Shown piece after piece: positions 52,312-62,763 of a DNA stretch of 64,000 nt. The notes below the pieces were generated by a model that saw only the letters and a list, made by a program, of their open reading frames with translations, was not told the origin of the DNA and did not search any database. Both the position numbers and the translations under genes were made by a program. Each line of letters opens with the position of its first letter. Position 1 is the first letter of the stretch. Source of the stretch: Euryarchaeota archaeon UBA86 (GTDB taxonomy: Archaea > Thermoplasmatota > Poseidoniia > Poseidoniales > Thalassarchaeaceae); assembly GCA_002503055.1 (NCBI GenBank), contig DAQX01000023.1, forward strand, positions 15,297 to 79,296, written 5' to 3'.

Positions 52312-53427
52312 TCAGTTTTCCATGCCAGAACCTAGTCTTTCTAGTTCGGAAGAAAGTAGGACAACCAACCAATCATGCAGATTTTCACTGCCCATTTCGG
52401 ATAGAGTAGAGTTAAGGAAGGCTGCAATCAGAACCCTCCTTGCCTCTGATGGGTCCAAACCTCTGGCTTGTAGATAGAACAACTGGTTTTCATCTAGAGG
52501 GCCATTTGCGGTGCCATGCCCACAACCCACAACCTCATGTTCGAGAACTTCCAACTCTGGAATCGAATCGGCTTCAGCGTTTTTGGAGAGTAGAAGATTG
52601 TGGAAAATCTGGGCCGCATCGGCTCCCCTTGAACCATCCATTACTTTCAGCATCCCAGTACCTACAGTCCTACTATTGCCACCGCATGCTGAATGCCAAG
52701 AGAGTCTACTGAAAGTCTCCGGCGCATCATGCAGAATCTCCACATGATGGTCAAGATGCATTGAGCCGGCCCCTAGAACTGAACCAAGAACTCTAACACT
52801 CCCTCCTGATTCTTTCAGAAGATATCTTAGATCTGTCTTTGTTTTGTCCGAGCCCGATGAAACGGTACCGACTCGAACCTGTGCATCTCTTCCGATATCC
52901 AAGGAATCTACTCTGAGCATCGTACCTTGCTGCATCAGCCCGACCACGATATCGTTTACGACACTACCAGAACCGACCTCTCCAGTCCTCAATAGTCCAA
53001 ACCAGTCTCCAGAACCTCTGACACGAGTAATCAGTTCGAACTCACTCAGATCTCCTATCTGTAAATTCAGATGAACTGCGGAACTACCTTCTCCTGTGTC
53101 AATATCAAGCAAAAGAGGCATATCTAAATTGAATTTTGAATCTATCTTGACTTCCCACCCAGAAGTAGCGGTAACCGCTCCTAGAAATGAAAGCGTGAAA
53201 GGATCCGAGTCAGGTAAATCACCCAATTCCAAATCCACTCTCTCCAGTGAAACTCCCTCTGGAACAGTACTCCCATCGAGTTTGGCTATCGAGACAGACG
53301 CCGAACTGATCTCTGGAACTTCCGTTACATCGCCCGTGGGGTGAACTCTTCTCCAAGGAGTGTATCTCCATAGATGGTCAGCCCTCTCGGGCTGTGGCAG
53401 TGATAGGTAATCAGCAGCGGTTTGCAA
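52312..53427 (-). CDS. sufD: Fe-S cluster assembly protein SufD
   Basis: WRYT, NLLLS..AEADSIPELEV, GHG and QLFYLQARG. Confidence 0.88.
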   Translation of the reverse strand: MQTAADYLSLPQPERADHLWRYTPWRRVHPTGDVTEVPEISSASVSIAKLDGSTVPEGVSLERVDLELGDLPDSDPFTLSFLGAVTATSGWEVKIDSKFNLDMPLLLDIDTGEGSSAVHLNLQIGDLSEFELITRVRGSGDWFGLLRTGEVGSGSVVNDIVVGLMQQGTMLRVDSLDIGRDAQVRVGTVSSGSDKTKTDLRYLLKESGGSVRVLGSVLGAGSMHLDHHVEILHDAPETFSRLSWHSACGGNSRTVGTGMLKVMDGSRGADAAQIFHNLLLSKNAEADSIPELEVLEHEVVGCGHGTANGPLDENQLFYLQARGLDPSEARRVLIAAFLNSTLSEMGSENLHDWLVVLLSSELERLGSGMEN

Positions 53428-53436
53428 GCCACCACC

Positions 53437-54849
53437 TCAGCCTATGCTTCCTTCCATTTCAAGGGCCATCAATTGATTCAACTCAACTGCATATTCCATA
53501 GGTAACTCTCTAGTAAATGGCTCAAAGAACCCGTTTACAATCATCGCAAGGGCCTCTTCTTCGGAATGGCCTCTACTCATTAGGTAGAACAACTGATTAT
53601 CACTGACCTTGGAAACACTGGCCTCGTGCTCACACCTCGCAGTTGGGTTGGCGACCTCCATTGTTGGGTATGTGTCAGAGCGACTTTCTTCGTCTAGAAT
53701 CAATGCATCACAAACTACGTTCAGTTTACAGTTCTCTGCCTTAGGAGATACTGTCACCAGTCCTCTATAGGTCCCCCTCCCTCCATTCTTACTTATGCTC
53801 TTGGAGAGAATCTTACTAGTGGTGTTGGATGCCAGATGATGGATTTTTGCCCCTGCATCCTGATGCTGACCGTCTCCTGAATATGCAACCGAAATGACCT
53901 CTGCGTGAGCTCCCTCTCCCTTCAGGATAACAGCCGGGTACTTCATCGTCAACTTGCTGCCGATATTTCCATCAACCCACTCAATCTTTGAATTTTCATG
54001 CGCAATACCTCTCTTGGTGACAAGGTTGTAAACATTCGAACTCCAGTTCTGTACTGTCGAGTACCTGATATGAGCGCCCGGTAGTGCGATCAACTCAACT
54101 ACAGCAGAGTGCAATGAGTCGGTTGAGTAACTTGGCGCCGTACAGCCCTCGACATAGTGAATGCTGCTACCCTCGTCGGCAATAATCAGAGTCCTCTCAA
54201 ATTGCCCCATATTCTTCGCATTGATTCTGAAGTATGCTTGTACCGGCATCTCGACATGAACTCCCTTCGGGACATAGATGAATGACCCACCGGACCAAAC
54301 TGCAGTGTTTAGGGCCGAGAACTTGTTGTCAGTTAGTGGAACTACTGAGCAGAACCACTTCTTTACTAGATCTGGGTACTCTTTCAGTCCTCTATCCATG
54401 TCAAGGAATATGACACCTTGCTCCTCCAAGTCCTCACGGATGCTGTGGTATACGGCCTCCGACTCGTACTGTGCAGTAACTCCGGAGAGCCACTTCTGCT
54501 CGGCCTCTGGAATCCCTAGTCGGTCGAAGGTGTTACGAATCTCCTCGGGAACATCATCCCAGTCTTTCTCAGTCGCCTCCGATGAGCGCAGGTAGTAGCA
54601 AATAGAATCGAAATCAATTTCATCTAGTGTACTTGTATTACCCCACTTGGGCATAGGACGCTTGACAAAGTGATTGTACGCCTTGACGCGGAGTTCAGTC
54701 ATCCACTCTGGCTCTTCTTTGAGTTTGGAAATCTCCCTAACTACTTCCTCAGATAGGCCGAAGTCGAATCTAATGGTCGAATTCTCAGTATCTTTCCATC
54801 CTGCCTTGTAGTCCCCAACGACTTCTCTGGCTTCTTGATTGTCCGGCAT
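53437..54849 (-). CDS. sufB: Fe-S cluster assembly protein SufB
   Basis: [23 protein letters not shown] and ELPMEYAVE. Confidence 0.96.
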   Translation of the reverse strand: MPDNQEAREVVGDYKAGWKDTENSTIRFDFGLSEEVVREISKLKEEPEWMTELRVKAYNHFVKRPMPKWGNTSTLDEIDFDSICYYLRSSEATEKDWDDVPEEIRNTFDRLGIPEAEQKWLSGVTAQYESEAVYHSIREDLEEQGVIFLDMDRGLKEYPDLVKKWFCSVVPLTDNKFSALNTAVWSGGSFIYVPKGVHVEMPVQAYFRINAKNMGQFERTLIIADEGSSIHYVEGCTAPSYSTDSLHSAVVELIALPGAHIRYSTVQNWSSNVYNLVTKRGIAHENSKIEWVDGNIGSKLTMKYPAVILKGEGAHAEVISVAYSGDGQHQDAGAKIHHLASNTTSKILSKSISKNGGRGTYRGLVTVSPKAENCKLNVVCDALILDEESRSDTYPTMEVANPTARCEHEASVSKVSDNQLFYLMSRGHSEEEALAMIVNGFFEPFTRELPMEYAVELNQLMALEMEGSIG

Positions 54850-55634
54850 CAGGCCACCCCCTCTGCTGCCATATTCTCGACCCAGTCGTAACCATTTTCT
54901 TCGAGTTGTGTCGCTAGCTCGGGCCCCCCGGAAGCAACAATTTTACCTCCGATTAGAACATGAATGAAGTCCGGCTTAACATGCTCTAGAATTCTCGAGT
55001 AGTGAGTGATAATCAAGGCACCCGAATCAGTACCTCTGACAGCGGCATTAACGCCCGATGCAACAGTCTTAATCCCGTCAATGTCAAGCCCACTATCTGT
55101 CTCATCTAAGATGGCGAGTTTAGGTTTTAGGAGCATCATCTGGAGAATTTCGAATCGCTTCTTCTCTCCGCCACTGAATCCATCATTTACATATCTGGAC
55201 AGAAAGCTTCGAGGGATTTTCAGTTGATCCATTGCCTCGTTTAATTCCTTTCTGAAATTGGCACCCTTGGCTGCATCCTCGCCTCTGATACTGGCCACCG
55301 ACTTACGCAGGAAGTTACCTACTTGAAGGCCTGGAACAGCTTGAGGATATTGGAAGGAGAGAAACACTCCCCGACGAGCGCGTTCCCAAGGGTCCTCGTC
55401 GAGCAGACTATCTCCATTGAGCAAAACATCTCCCTTCTCGACCTCGTAGTCAGGGTGGCCCATGATGACATTGGCAGCGGTCGTCTTACCACTCCCATTT
55501 CGGCCCATGATGGCATGAACTTCGCCCGGCAAGATTCTCAAATCTATGCCTTTGAGAATGCTCGTATCGTCTATTCCGACATGTAAGTCTACGATTTCCA
55601 TCAAGGCTTCTGCCTGCCCGGATGCGGCTGTCAT
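54849..55634 (-). CDS. sufC: Fe-S cluster assembly ATPase SufC
   Basis: [16 protein letters not shown] and LDETDSGLD. Confidence 0.96.
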   Translation of the reverse strand: MTAASGQAEALMEIVDLHVGIDDTSILKGIDLRILPGEVHAIMGRNGSGKTTAANVIMGHPDYEVEKGDVLLNGDSLLDEDPWERARRGVFLSFQYPQAVPGLQVGNFLRKSVASIRGEDAAKGANFRKELNEAMDQLKIPRSFLSRYVNDGFSGGEKKRFEILQMMLLKPKLAILDETDSGLDIDGIKTVASGVNAAVRGTDSGALIITHYSRILEHVKPDFIHVLIGGKIVASGGPELATQLEENGYDWVENMAAEGVA

Positions 55635-55718
55635 GTCATTATCCCGGAATCAGCCCCTTTTGAATGTCTGCTTGCGTGTTAGGTCACCCTAAAATCACAT
55701 CACTACTCCGCCTCGTTT

Positions 55719-56213
55719 GTGAACTTGCCTCGTGAATCACAAGACTCGGCTACGGACTCTCTTGAGGAATCCTACCGAGTTCAGATAGAGGATGCCATGA
55801 GAAAGGAATCAGAGAGACGAATTATCGAGACCCACGACCCCGCCGAGATATCCAGATTGCAAGCATGTTCTCTAGTTGATTTAGCAAAATCAGATGATGA
55901 CGATTTTGTACCCGCTCTGATGGCTAGACTAGGGCCAGTCAGAGCAGCATTGGATGGCCATGGAGGAGGACTGGTTGTTACAGAGTCTAGAGTTGTGAAA
56001 ACCCCAACAGGGAACAGCCTCACATTAATTCTAGATCTTGATGGTGCATGTGTCTCTTGTGGGGCAGCACCGGGTACTCTGCAAGGAATACAAGATGACC
56101 TTTTGATTGACCCCGAGGTTATTGAGGTACGATTCAACTCAGGTATGTTGGAATGGTTCGATGACCTACAGCGCGAGTTTGTTCTCAAACACGGCGGAGT
56201 GACATTTGTCTAG
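55719..56213 (+). CDS. NifU/NfuA C-terminal domain protein
   Basis: VRAALDGHGG and LDGACVSCGAA; divergent from sufCBD. Confidence 0.8.
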   Translation: MNLPRESQDSATDSLEESYRVQIEDAMRKESERRIIETHDPAEISRLQACSLVDLAKSDDDDFVPALMARLGPVRAALDGHGGGLVVTESRVVKTPTGNSLTLILDLDGACVSCGAAPGTLQGIQDDLLIDPEVIEVRFNSGMLEWFDDLQREFVLKHGGVTFV

Positions 56214-56845
56214 ATAATAAGCGAGGAAATTATTTCAATTGCACCGTGCGCAAATCCGAGAACCGTGACTTCTTCTCCCTCGATTAATGATGCGTTCTCT
56301 CCAGCCAATCCGGCTAAGTCGTATGCCCCAGCCTTACCTTTCCACGATCCGCTGGAGACAAGGTTAGCCAACACATCTTGAGTCAATTCATCAAACTCAA
56401 CCACAGCAGATTCAGACCAAATGTCGGCTGTCCACCCGCCGTGTAGTATTTCTGTACCATCTCTGTTAAATGCAGGAGAGTAAAGTATTGCAGTACAGGA
56501 CCAAACACGATGTCTTCTTCCCGAAAGTCCCAACAACATACTGGCCGCCATCAATTCATCAATTGGTTGCCCCAATGCAATCAACGGATCAGTTGGGTCT
56601 TCTACAAGCGTATCGGACACGACAACCAAATCAGGCTGCCCGCCACTGATTGTAACCTCCTGAGCAGCAGCTTCGGCCTTAGCAGAGCAAATCAATTCAA
56701 CTCGTTGAGACACCTCAATTCCACTTGAAGGATTAATTTCATCCGAAGCCAGGGCCCTAGATTCTAATTTTGTAGATTCATTCACAATCTCGGATAGAAT
56801 CTCGCGCCTGCGCTCGGATGCAGATGCAAGCAGAATCGATATCAT
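56210..56845 (-). CDS. maf: Maf-family nucleoside triphosphate pyrophosphatase
   Basis: LASASERRREIL, SDTLV, LSGRRHRV and KAGAY. Confidence 0.85.
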   Translation of the reverse strand: MISILLASASERRREILSEIVNESTKLESRALASDEINPSSGIEVSQRVELICSAKAEAAAQEVTISGGQPDLVVVSDTLVEDPTDPLIALGQPIDELMAASMLLGLSGRRHRVWSCTAILYSPAFNRDGTEILHGGWTADIWSESAVVEFDELTQDVLANLVSSGSWKGKAGAYDLAGLAGENASLIEGEEVTVLGFAHGAIEIISSLII

Positions 56846-56852
56846 AGGAGCC

Positions 56853-59800
56853 TCAGAGAACTATCCGCTCATTGCAGACCGGGCAATTCACTGAGGAATT
56901 GCCCATTGCAATCTCAAATCTACTGGAACAACTCGGACAGATTACTGGCATATTCATCGGCGGAGGAGCAGGTAGGGCCGAGGCGCTTCCTTCCTCTGGA
57001 ACGGGGATCTCCGGCAAAGGAATAACTGGAGTTGACATATCCTCGACAGGTGTGGAAGTTACAACTTCATCCACCAATTCTACTTCTTCTGAATCTTCAG
57101 GTCTAATCACGGCTACTACCTTGATGTCCGACTCATCAACAACATCAACCACATCTTCCTCTAATATTACGACTCCAGAGGCAACACTTCTGTTCCTTCT
57201 GATCCATCTGAGTCCTCTGGCTGAGAGAGTCACTAGGATGACAGTACAGAGAAGCAGTACAGCGATTGCAAAACCTCCGAGTAGAATGTTGAAATTCTGT
57301 TCGTCTAGACCCAGTTGGTGGCGCAATATCTCTAGGATTGAATCTCCTACTCTATTGGGATCATTATCGTCAATCACAGCCCTAATCTGCCAACCGCTAG
57401 CAGAAGTATGGATGAATAGAGTTTCACTGCTAGAAGGGGATCTGTCAACTAGGTACAGATTGCCAAGATTGAGCCTATCGTAAATACCGAACCATCCTTC
57501 TTCTGGATCAATTATGCCGTAATTGACCTGTGGGCCTGTCGGCCCAACTAGATCGAATAGGACTTGGACTCCTCGGGAAGTCTCTACAAGATCTATCGCA
57601 CTCATTCCTCTAGCGGGGAATGTTGCAGTCAGATTATCGATTTCGTTAAATGAAGAGTCAGCAATTATTGCGACCATCTCAGCATCCAAACCCTCCCCCT
57701 GTTTCCAGGTGGCCACAATCCTCTCTTCATCATCAATTACAAACACCATCATCTTCGCAAGTGTGACATCATCGGCGACGGATTTCCTGAATGTCCAAGA
57801 CGACTGCTCAATCAATCCATGCGCATACCATAGGCCATGCCTCTCTATGTTGGTTGAATCGCTCCTAGACGATTTGTAAAGGAGATGTGCACCATCGTCA
57901 TCACCGAATTCCACTTCAAGAGAAGTCGTCTCTCCAGGAATTAGATCAATCTCATCGACCACATTCGGAGTTAGTGACCAGTCCGAGGACTTAGTAGGCG
58001 CATCCGCGTGAAGGATGAAAACACTAGTTTGCTCTCCAAACGAACTACCACTCATCATTTCCCTATGGTATCCGGAGACAAGAATTTCTGAATCATCCAC
58101 ATCGATATCTATTCCCCAATATTTGCCATCGGAAAGCAGAATTGGCTGCATAAGATCCTGAATTGGGGTCATCTCACAACTAGCATCGATTGTAGAGTAA
58201 CTTAGCGTCTGCCTAAAGTAACCTGTAGAGTCAATGAAACGCCTAGTCCAGACTATGTGAGCCCAACCATCCTCTGTACTACTGAAAGCAAGATCTCCCG
58301 ACCACATTTCATCCAATACATTTGTGCATGAGGTCAACATCCTGTTGGAATTCAGTCGATACAGAGAGAGAACTCCTTCCTTCTCGGTAATCACTAAACC
58401 TTCATCATCGAGATCTATTAGTCTGATTGGAATCTCTCCGGTTCCGAATGTCATTGATCGTGAACCAGTCAGAGTTGATTCATCGACTAGTACTGTAGAC
58501 TCGACTTGATTGTTGGACCAGTCCAAATCGGCCAGACCGGTCCCGGTAACAGTTATTCTGACATCTACCGGTCCTGATTGGTTCATTTTATGGGCGAATG
58601 AAATCTGCGAGGCCCCTTGGCCCATAACAAGAGGAATCGCTGTTGAAGATACCAAAACCCATCCAAGACCATTGTGAATCTCTAGAGAAGCCTCGACACT
58701 CGTAGCATCTGTAGAGCCCAGATTGTCGACCCTTGCTGTGATAAGGAATTGATCATTTGGTCTTGGAATTGGTGGCTCAGTTCTGATAGCCCCGTCTCTG
58801 AATGCAAGATCAACTCCCTGTGGTCTTTGGATTACAGGGAATGAAATCGACTGATCGTTATCTGTCTCATCCAATTCCTCAATTGTATTTGCAGGATCTA
58901 GGGAAACCAACACCGTCTTTTCTCCTATTGTAGTTGGGTTCCAGTACAGTACTACCTCTACTATGTCTCCGCTATCGATGCTTGGCAACACCATCTCATC
59001 CTTGCGAGCACCATCCTCATAGAGTGAGATTGCCAAGTTAGAAGCTGCCATGTCGCCATCATTTCGAATTTCGGTTCTTACTTCGAGGAAGGTATTGACA
59101 TATGTCTCACTGATGGGGATCCCGTACTCTTCGACTGAAAGCCCTGTCCTGAAAATTAGATTCGCCGCCGGTGGGTCATTATCTACTTCAACAACTCTCT
59201 TCACTTCCTCAGAGTAGATGCCATCGCCACTAACCATCCTGGCAGAGATTCTGTAGAAGCCATCGTCCACTTCCTCCGTATCCCAAGTTACTGACCAGTC
59301 TCCATTAGAGCTGCCACTGCCTCCGAATGTCTGCGCAGTTTCCCACGCTTCCGTACCTATCCTCCATTGAACTGTACCTCCGTTGACTGACTCCCATGTC
59401 CCGAAGACATTGACGCTTCCCGAGACGGCCTCTTGGCCACTGGGGCCCCCCATTGTGACAGCGATGAGACCAACTTCGTGCTTCTGTTTGGCAACCTTAC
59501 TCCACTGCTCAAACTCATTCTTCGCCTGAGCTTCGATAATGACTTCAATAACCTCAATCTCTTCTTCGGTGAATTCAGGCAGAGTGAATGGAGTAGTCCA
59601 ATTGATGGTGCCCTGTGCTACATGCCAGTCGACTAGGACAACTTCTCTTTTTGGCTCTCCTTCGGGCCTATGAGAGTACGAAATCCTGACTGATACCTCA
59701 TCAATCGTGCCATTGGTATCTTTGTCCTCGTCGATATGCCCTCTAGCGCTGTAGGTCTCGCCTTCAACTAACCAAGCATCTTCTTCGGGACTTTCTATGA

Positions 59801-61583
59801 CAACCCATTCCTCGGAGCCTGTAGGCGGAGGATCTGTACCATTTCCAGGATCTGGATCAACCGTTCCTCCAAGCATTGCATTGAGAATCATATTGCCATC
59901 GATAATTCCGAATCCGTAATCCTCGTTCCATCTGTTGCTGATATCTGGAAGCGAAGCCTGTCCACGAGTCTCAGAATTGTTCTGTAGAAGGTCCTTGACT
60001 TCTTGAGGTTCCAAGCCATCATCAATTTGTAGCATTACTGCAACGAATCCAGCAACAGCAGGACAAGACATACTAGTCCCTGAAAGCTGTGTGTAACTAT
60101 CCTCTGCCAGAGGTTTGGGGGCTCCCGGTAGAGTACTGCTTGAAGCAGCGTGCTGGGCTGACATTATGTTTGATCCAGGAGCAACTACCGTTGGTTTGAG
60201 TTCCTCCCACTCATTGTTATCTCCATCGTCTTCTCGAGGCCCTGAGTTTGAGTAGGAGGCAATCAAATCGTCGCCACGCTCGATGGTATTCTCATCATCT
60301 ATCGCTCCGACAGTAATGGCACTATCTGAGGCCCCCACCGATGTGACCCTGCGCTTACCATCGTTTCCGATTGCTGCAACAGGAACTACCCCCGCTTCTG
60401 CCGCAGCATCCACCGCTCTTGCATCAGCATTTGTGCCGTTATCTCCCGGATCATCATCTCCACCCGGGTTAGCGGAACCAAACGACATGGACATCACTTG
60501 GATGCCCTCGCTAGAGTCGTTATTGCCCCAATCGGTGTCGGCATTGTCGACCACCCATTGTATTCCTCTCAGCGTGGCAGCAGAGTTGGTCGCTCCAGCA
60601 TCAGTCATGACCTTAACATCAACTAAGTAAGCCCCTGGGGCATAACCTTGATTGATCCTACGAGAATCTCCTGTGCCTAGAGCTATTCCTGCAACATGAG
60701 TACCATGTCCGTCTCCATCATCGGGGTCCAAACTTCCATCATCGCAGTCCTGTGAACTCCATGAGGTAGCATCACATCCTGCCAACCATTTCGGGTCAGC
60801 CAATTCATCTGGATCTTTCTCATTATCATTGTTTGAATCAGAGAAGTCGTCGAGGGAGAAATGCTCGTTGTCAACACCTGTATCGAGAATTGCAATTACA
60901 ACACCCGAACCATCATACCCGAAGTCTCTCATCGTCTCGTCAAAGACTTCAGAATCCCTGACCTTAGAGCCCCGAGTAGCCTTATCCAGTAGAGGGACAA
61001 TAACATTCTGTTCCTCAATCATGACGACTCCATCAAGTGACCAAATGTCAATCAGTGAACTGACTGGGACATGATCGATAACAATCGAATCAAGGATTCC
61101 AAGCGGGTCAAACCACGATCCTTCGTCCTGCCATCCGTGGGCATACAGGACCTGCTTAATCGCAGCAATGTCATCCGGACCCGGATGCCATGAGTAATCC
61201 ACCACTATGGCAACTGTCGGGAGTCCATCTGCTCCCATTATTGAAGTAGTTGAGACAGAAGTCGATAGACCAGCGATTATTCTCTGCAACCTATCGTCCA
61301 TTCCATTGGAATCTAAGTCATACCAGTAACTGAACCACCATCCTGGTTCCTCGACCGGCCAACCGGATCCATGTGGCGGGAATCCTGGAGAGCGGTCTTT
61401 CTCGAGACAGATACTATCTCCGCACATCAGAGGAGGTAAATCCGCTCCAAGAGTCTCATTAGATTCATCATTCAAGGGCTGTTCTGGAGGAGGTACAAGG
61501 GCCCCAGATGCCACTGAGACATCCATCACAAACACAAGAAGAGCTACGATTACAGGAAGCCTCATCTTAGTGGCATCTGGCAT
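56853..61583 (-). CDS. Membrane-anchored subtilisin-like (S8) protease with CARDB/Ig-like domains and C-terminal zinc ribbon
   Basis: Catalytic triad LDTG, HGTHVAG and GTSMS; CARDB-like segments; TM; CPSC..CPVC tail. Start at 61583 or 61565. Confidence 0.88.
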   Translation of the reverse strand: MPDATKMRLPVIVALLVFVMDVSVASGALVPPPEQPLNDESNETLGADLPPLMCGDSICLEKDRSPGFPPHGSGWPVEEPGWWFSYWYDLDSNGMDDRLQRIIAGLSTSVSTTSIMGADGLPTVAIVVDYSWHPGPDDIAAIKQVLYAHGWQDEGSWFDPLGILDSIVIDHVPVSSLIDIWSLDGVVMIEEQNVIVPLLDKATRGSKVRDSEVFDETMRDFGYDGSGVVIAILDTGVDNEHFSLDDFSDSNNDNEKDPDELADPKWLAGCDATSWSSQDCDDGSLDPDDGDGHGTHVAGIALGTGDSRRINQGYAPGAYLVDVKVMTDAGATNSAATLRGIQWVVDNADTDWGNNDSSEGIQVMSMSFGSANPGGDDDPGDNGTNADARAVDAAAEAGVVPVAAIGNDGKRRVTSVGASDSAITVGAIDDENTIERGDDLIASYSNSGPREDDGDNNEWEELKPTVVAPGSNIMSAQHAASSSTLPGAPKPLAEDSYTQLSGTSMSCPAVAGFVAVMLQIDDGLEPQEVKDLLQNNSETRGQASLPDISNRWNEDYGFGIIDGNMILNAMLGGTVDPDPGNGTDPPPTGSEEWVVIESPEEDAWLVEGETYSARGHIDEDKDTNGTIDEVSVRISYSHRPEGEPKREVVLVDWHVAQGTINWTTPFTLPEFTEEEIEVIEVIIEAQAKNEFEQWSKVAKQKHEVGLIAVTMGGPSGQEAVSGSVNVFGTWESVNGGTVQWRIGTEAWETAQTFGGSGSSNGDWSVTWDTEEVDDGFYRISARMVSGDGIYSEEVKRVVEVDNDPPAANLIFRTGLSVEEYGIPISETYVNTFLEVRTEIRNDGDMAASNLAISLYEDGARKDEMVLPSIDSGDIVEVVLYWNPTTIGEKTVLVSLDPANTIEELDETDNDQSISFPVIQRPQGVDLAFRDGAIRTEPPIPRPNDQFLITARVDNLGSTDATSVEASLEIHNGLGWVLVSSTAIPLVMGQGASQISFAHKMNQSGPVDVRITVTGTGLADLDWSNNQVESTVLVDESTLTGSRSMTFGTGEIPIRLIDLDDEGLVITEKEGVLSLYRLNSNRMLTSCTNVLDEMWSGDLAFSSTEDGWAHIVWTRRFIDSTGYFRQTLSYSTIDASCEMTPIQDLMQPILLSDGKYWGIDIDVDDSEILVSGYHREMMSGSSFGEQTSVFILHADAPTKSSDWSLTPNVVDEIDLIPGETTSLEVEFGDDDGAHLLYKSSRSDSTNIERHGLWYAHGLIEQSSWTFRKSVADDVTLAKMMVFVIDDEERIVATWKQGEGLDAEMVAIIADSSFNEIDNLTATFPARGMSAIDLVETSRGVQVLFDLVGPTGPQVNYGIIDPEEGWFGIYDRLNLGNLYLVDRSPSSSETLFIHTSASGWQIRAVIDDNDPNRVGDSILEILRHQLGLDEQNFNILLGGFAIAVLLLCTVILVTLSARGLRWIRRNRSVASGVVILEEDVVDVVDESDIKVVAVIRPEDSEEVELVDEVVTSTPVEDMSTPVIPLPEIPVPEEGSASALPAPPPMNMPVICPSCSSRFEIAMGNSSVNCPVCNERIVL

Positions 61584-61651
61584 GGCTCTCACAGAGAGCC
61601 AAACTCGGATGCTGTATAATCTCAACCTGTAACGGCGTAATCTGAATGCGA

Positions 61652-62671
61652 TTACGGCCAATTGAGATGAGAGTCAGAGTGAGTACACTTGAGGCGACAG
61701 ATTTCACCATTCAACTCTGTTACAATCTCGCCATCACAGATAGGACAAATAGTATTCTCAGATAACTCCTCTAGCCATGCTCTTCTGGTCTCTAATTCAT
61801 CCCCTTCCTCTCTAAGTCGACTCAGTATTCTGGCAGCGGTTCCGTGAAGCGGTTTTCCTGCCAGAGTCCAAGGATCATCCTCTAGGCTGCCCATACGACT
61901 CATAGCGTGCTCTCTCATTGCCACAGAACGCCCCATTCCAGATACTTCCGTAGTCTCATCCAGAGGGCTCGGAGCGCCCCGCGCCAAAGGTCGTGCAAGC
62001 AGATATACCAGGAAGAAACCGCCTAAATGTGCCATATGGGCCACATTGGACTGCCCAGCAGTAGCGCTCTGAAGCTCGTAAATATGCAAGACTTCGAGAC
62101 CGAGTCTGACGAAAACAATCAGCCAAACCGGCCATGCTCTTATCAGAAATAAGAGGGGAAACTCGATTTTATCCTCCGGCCAACAAGCCATGTAGGCCCC
62201 CAGTACCCCGAATGCTGCTCCACTGGCCCCAATTGCGGGGGTTGATGATTCTGGATGAGAGATTATCCAAGCGATATTCCCTCCCATGAATCCTAAGAAA
62301 TACACTATCATCCACCTACGAGCACCTAGGCGCTGCTCTAATGGAACTCCAACTAATGCAACAACGAGGATGTTGAGAAGGACATGAAACCAGTCAGCGT
62401 GCAACCATACTGCAGTCACCATTCTGTAAGACTCCAAAGGATCAGTCATTATGCTCGGTTTGATTCCCAAAAAGTCGATCAGCCAAGAATGACTCATTGC
62501 ATAACCCCCAAATATCGACTCTGTGAATTGTACAAATGAGACTAACAAAAGGGATAGAACTGTTGCTAGCGCAACACTGGTCTTTGAATACTGAGCCCAT
62601 AGAAATGGAGCTATAGCTGCAGATAGCATTGTGACTAGAAGAACGATGTCGGACCAACTCAATACGCTCAT
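61652..62671 (-). CDS. Rhomboid intramembrane serine protease with Cys-rich C-terminal domain
   Basis: WLHADWFHVLLN, GASG (Ser) and AHLGG (His); C-terminal CPIC..C..C..H. Confidence 0.9.
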   Translation of the reverse strand: MSVLSWSDIVLLVTMLSAAIAPFLWAQYSKTSVALATVLSLLLVSFVQFTESIFGGYAMSHSWLIDFLGIKPSIMTDPLESYRMVTAVWLHADWFHVLLNILVVALVGVPLEQRLGARRWMIVYFLGFMGGNIAWIISHPESSTPAIGASGAAFGVLGAYMACWPEDKIEFPLLFLIRAWPVWLIVFVRLGLEVLHIYELQSATAGQSNVAHMAHLGGFFLVYLLARPLARGAPSPLDETTEVSGMGRSVAMREHAMSRMGSLEDDPWTLAGKPLHGTAARILSRLREEGDELETRRAWLEELSENTICPICDGEIVTELNGEICRLKCTHSDSHLNWP

Positions 62672-62763
62672 CGTACTATCTCCTTGTCTGCGCGCCTAGG
62701 TTCGAGCGAATAGCCGCTTCGTAGTATGGAATCACTCAAACGATACACCTTACTCCCGGACTC

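Noticed and set aside
55047..55054. Isolated ATTAACGC copy within sufC
   Set aside because: A single octamer in coding sequence is expected by chance in 64 kb.
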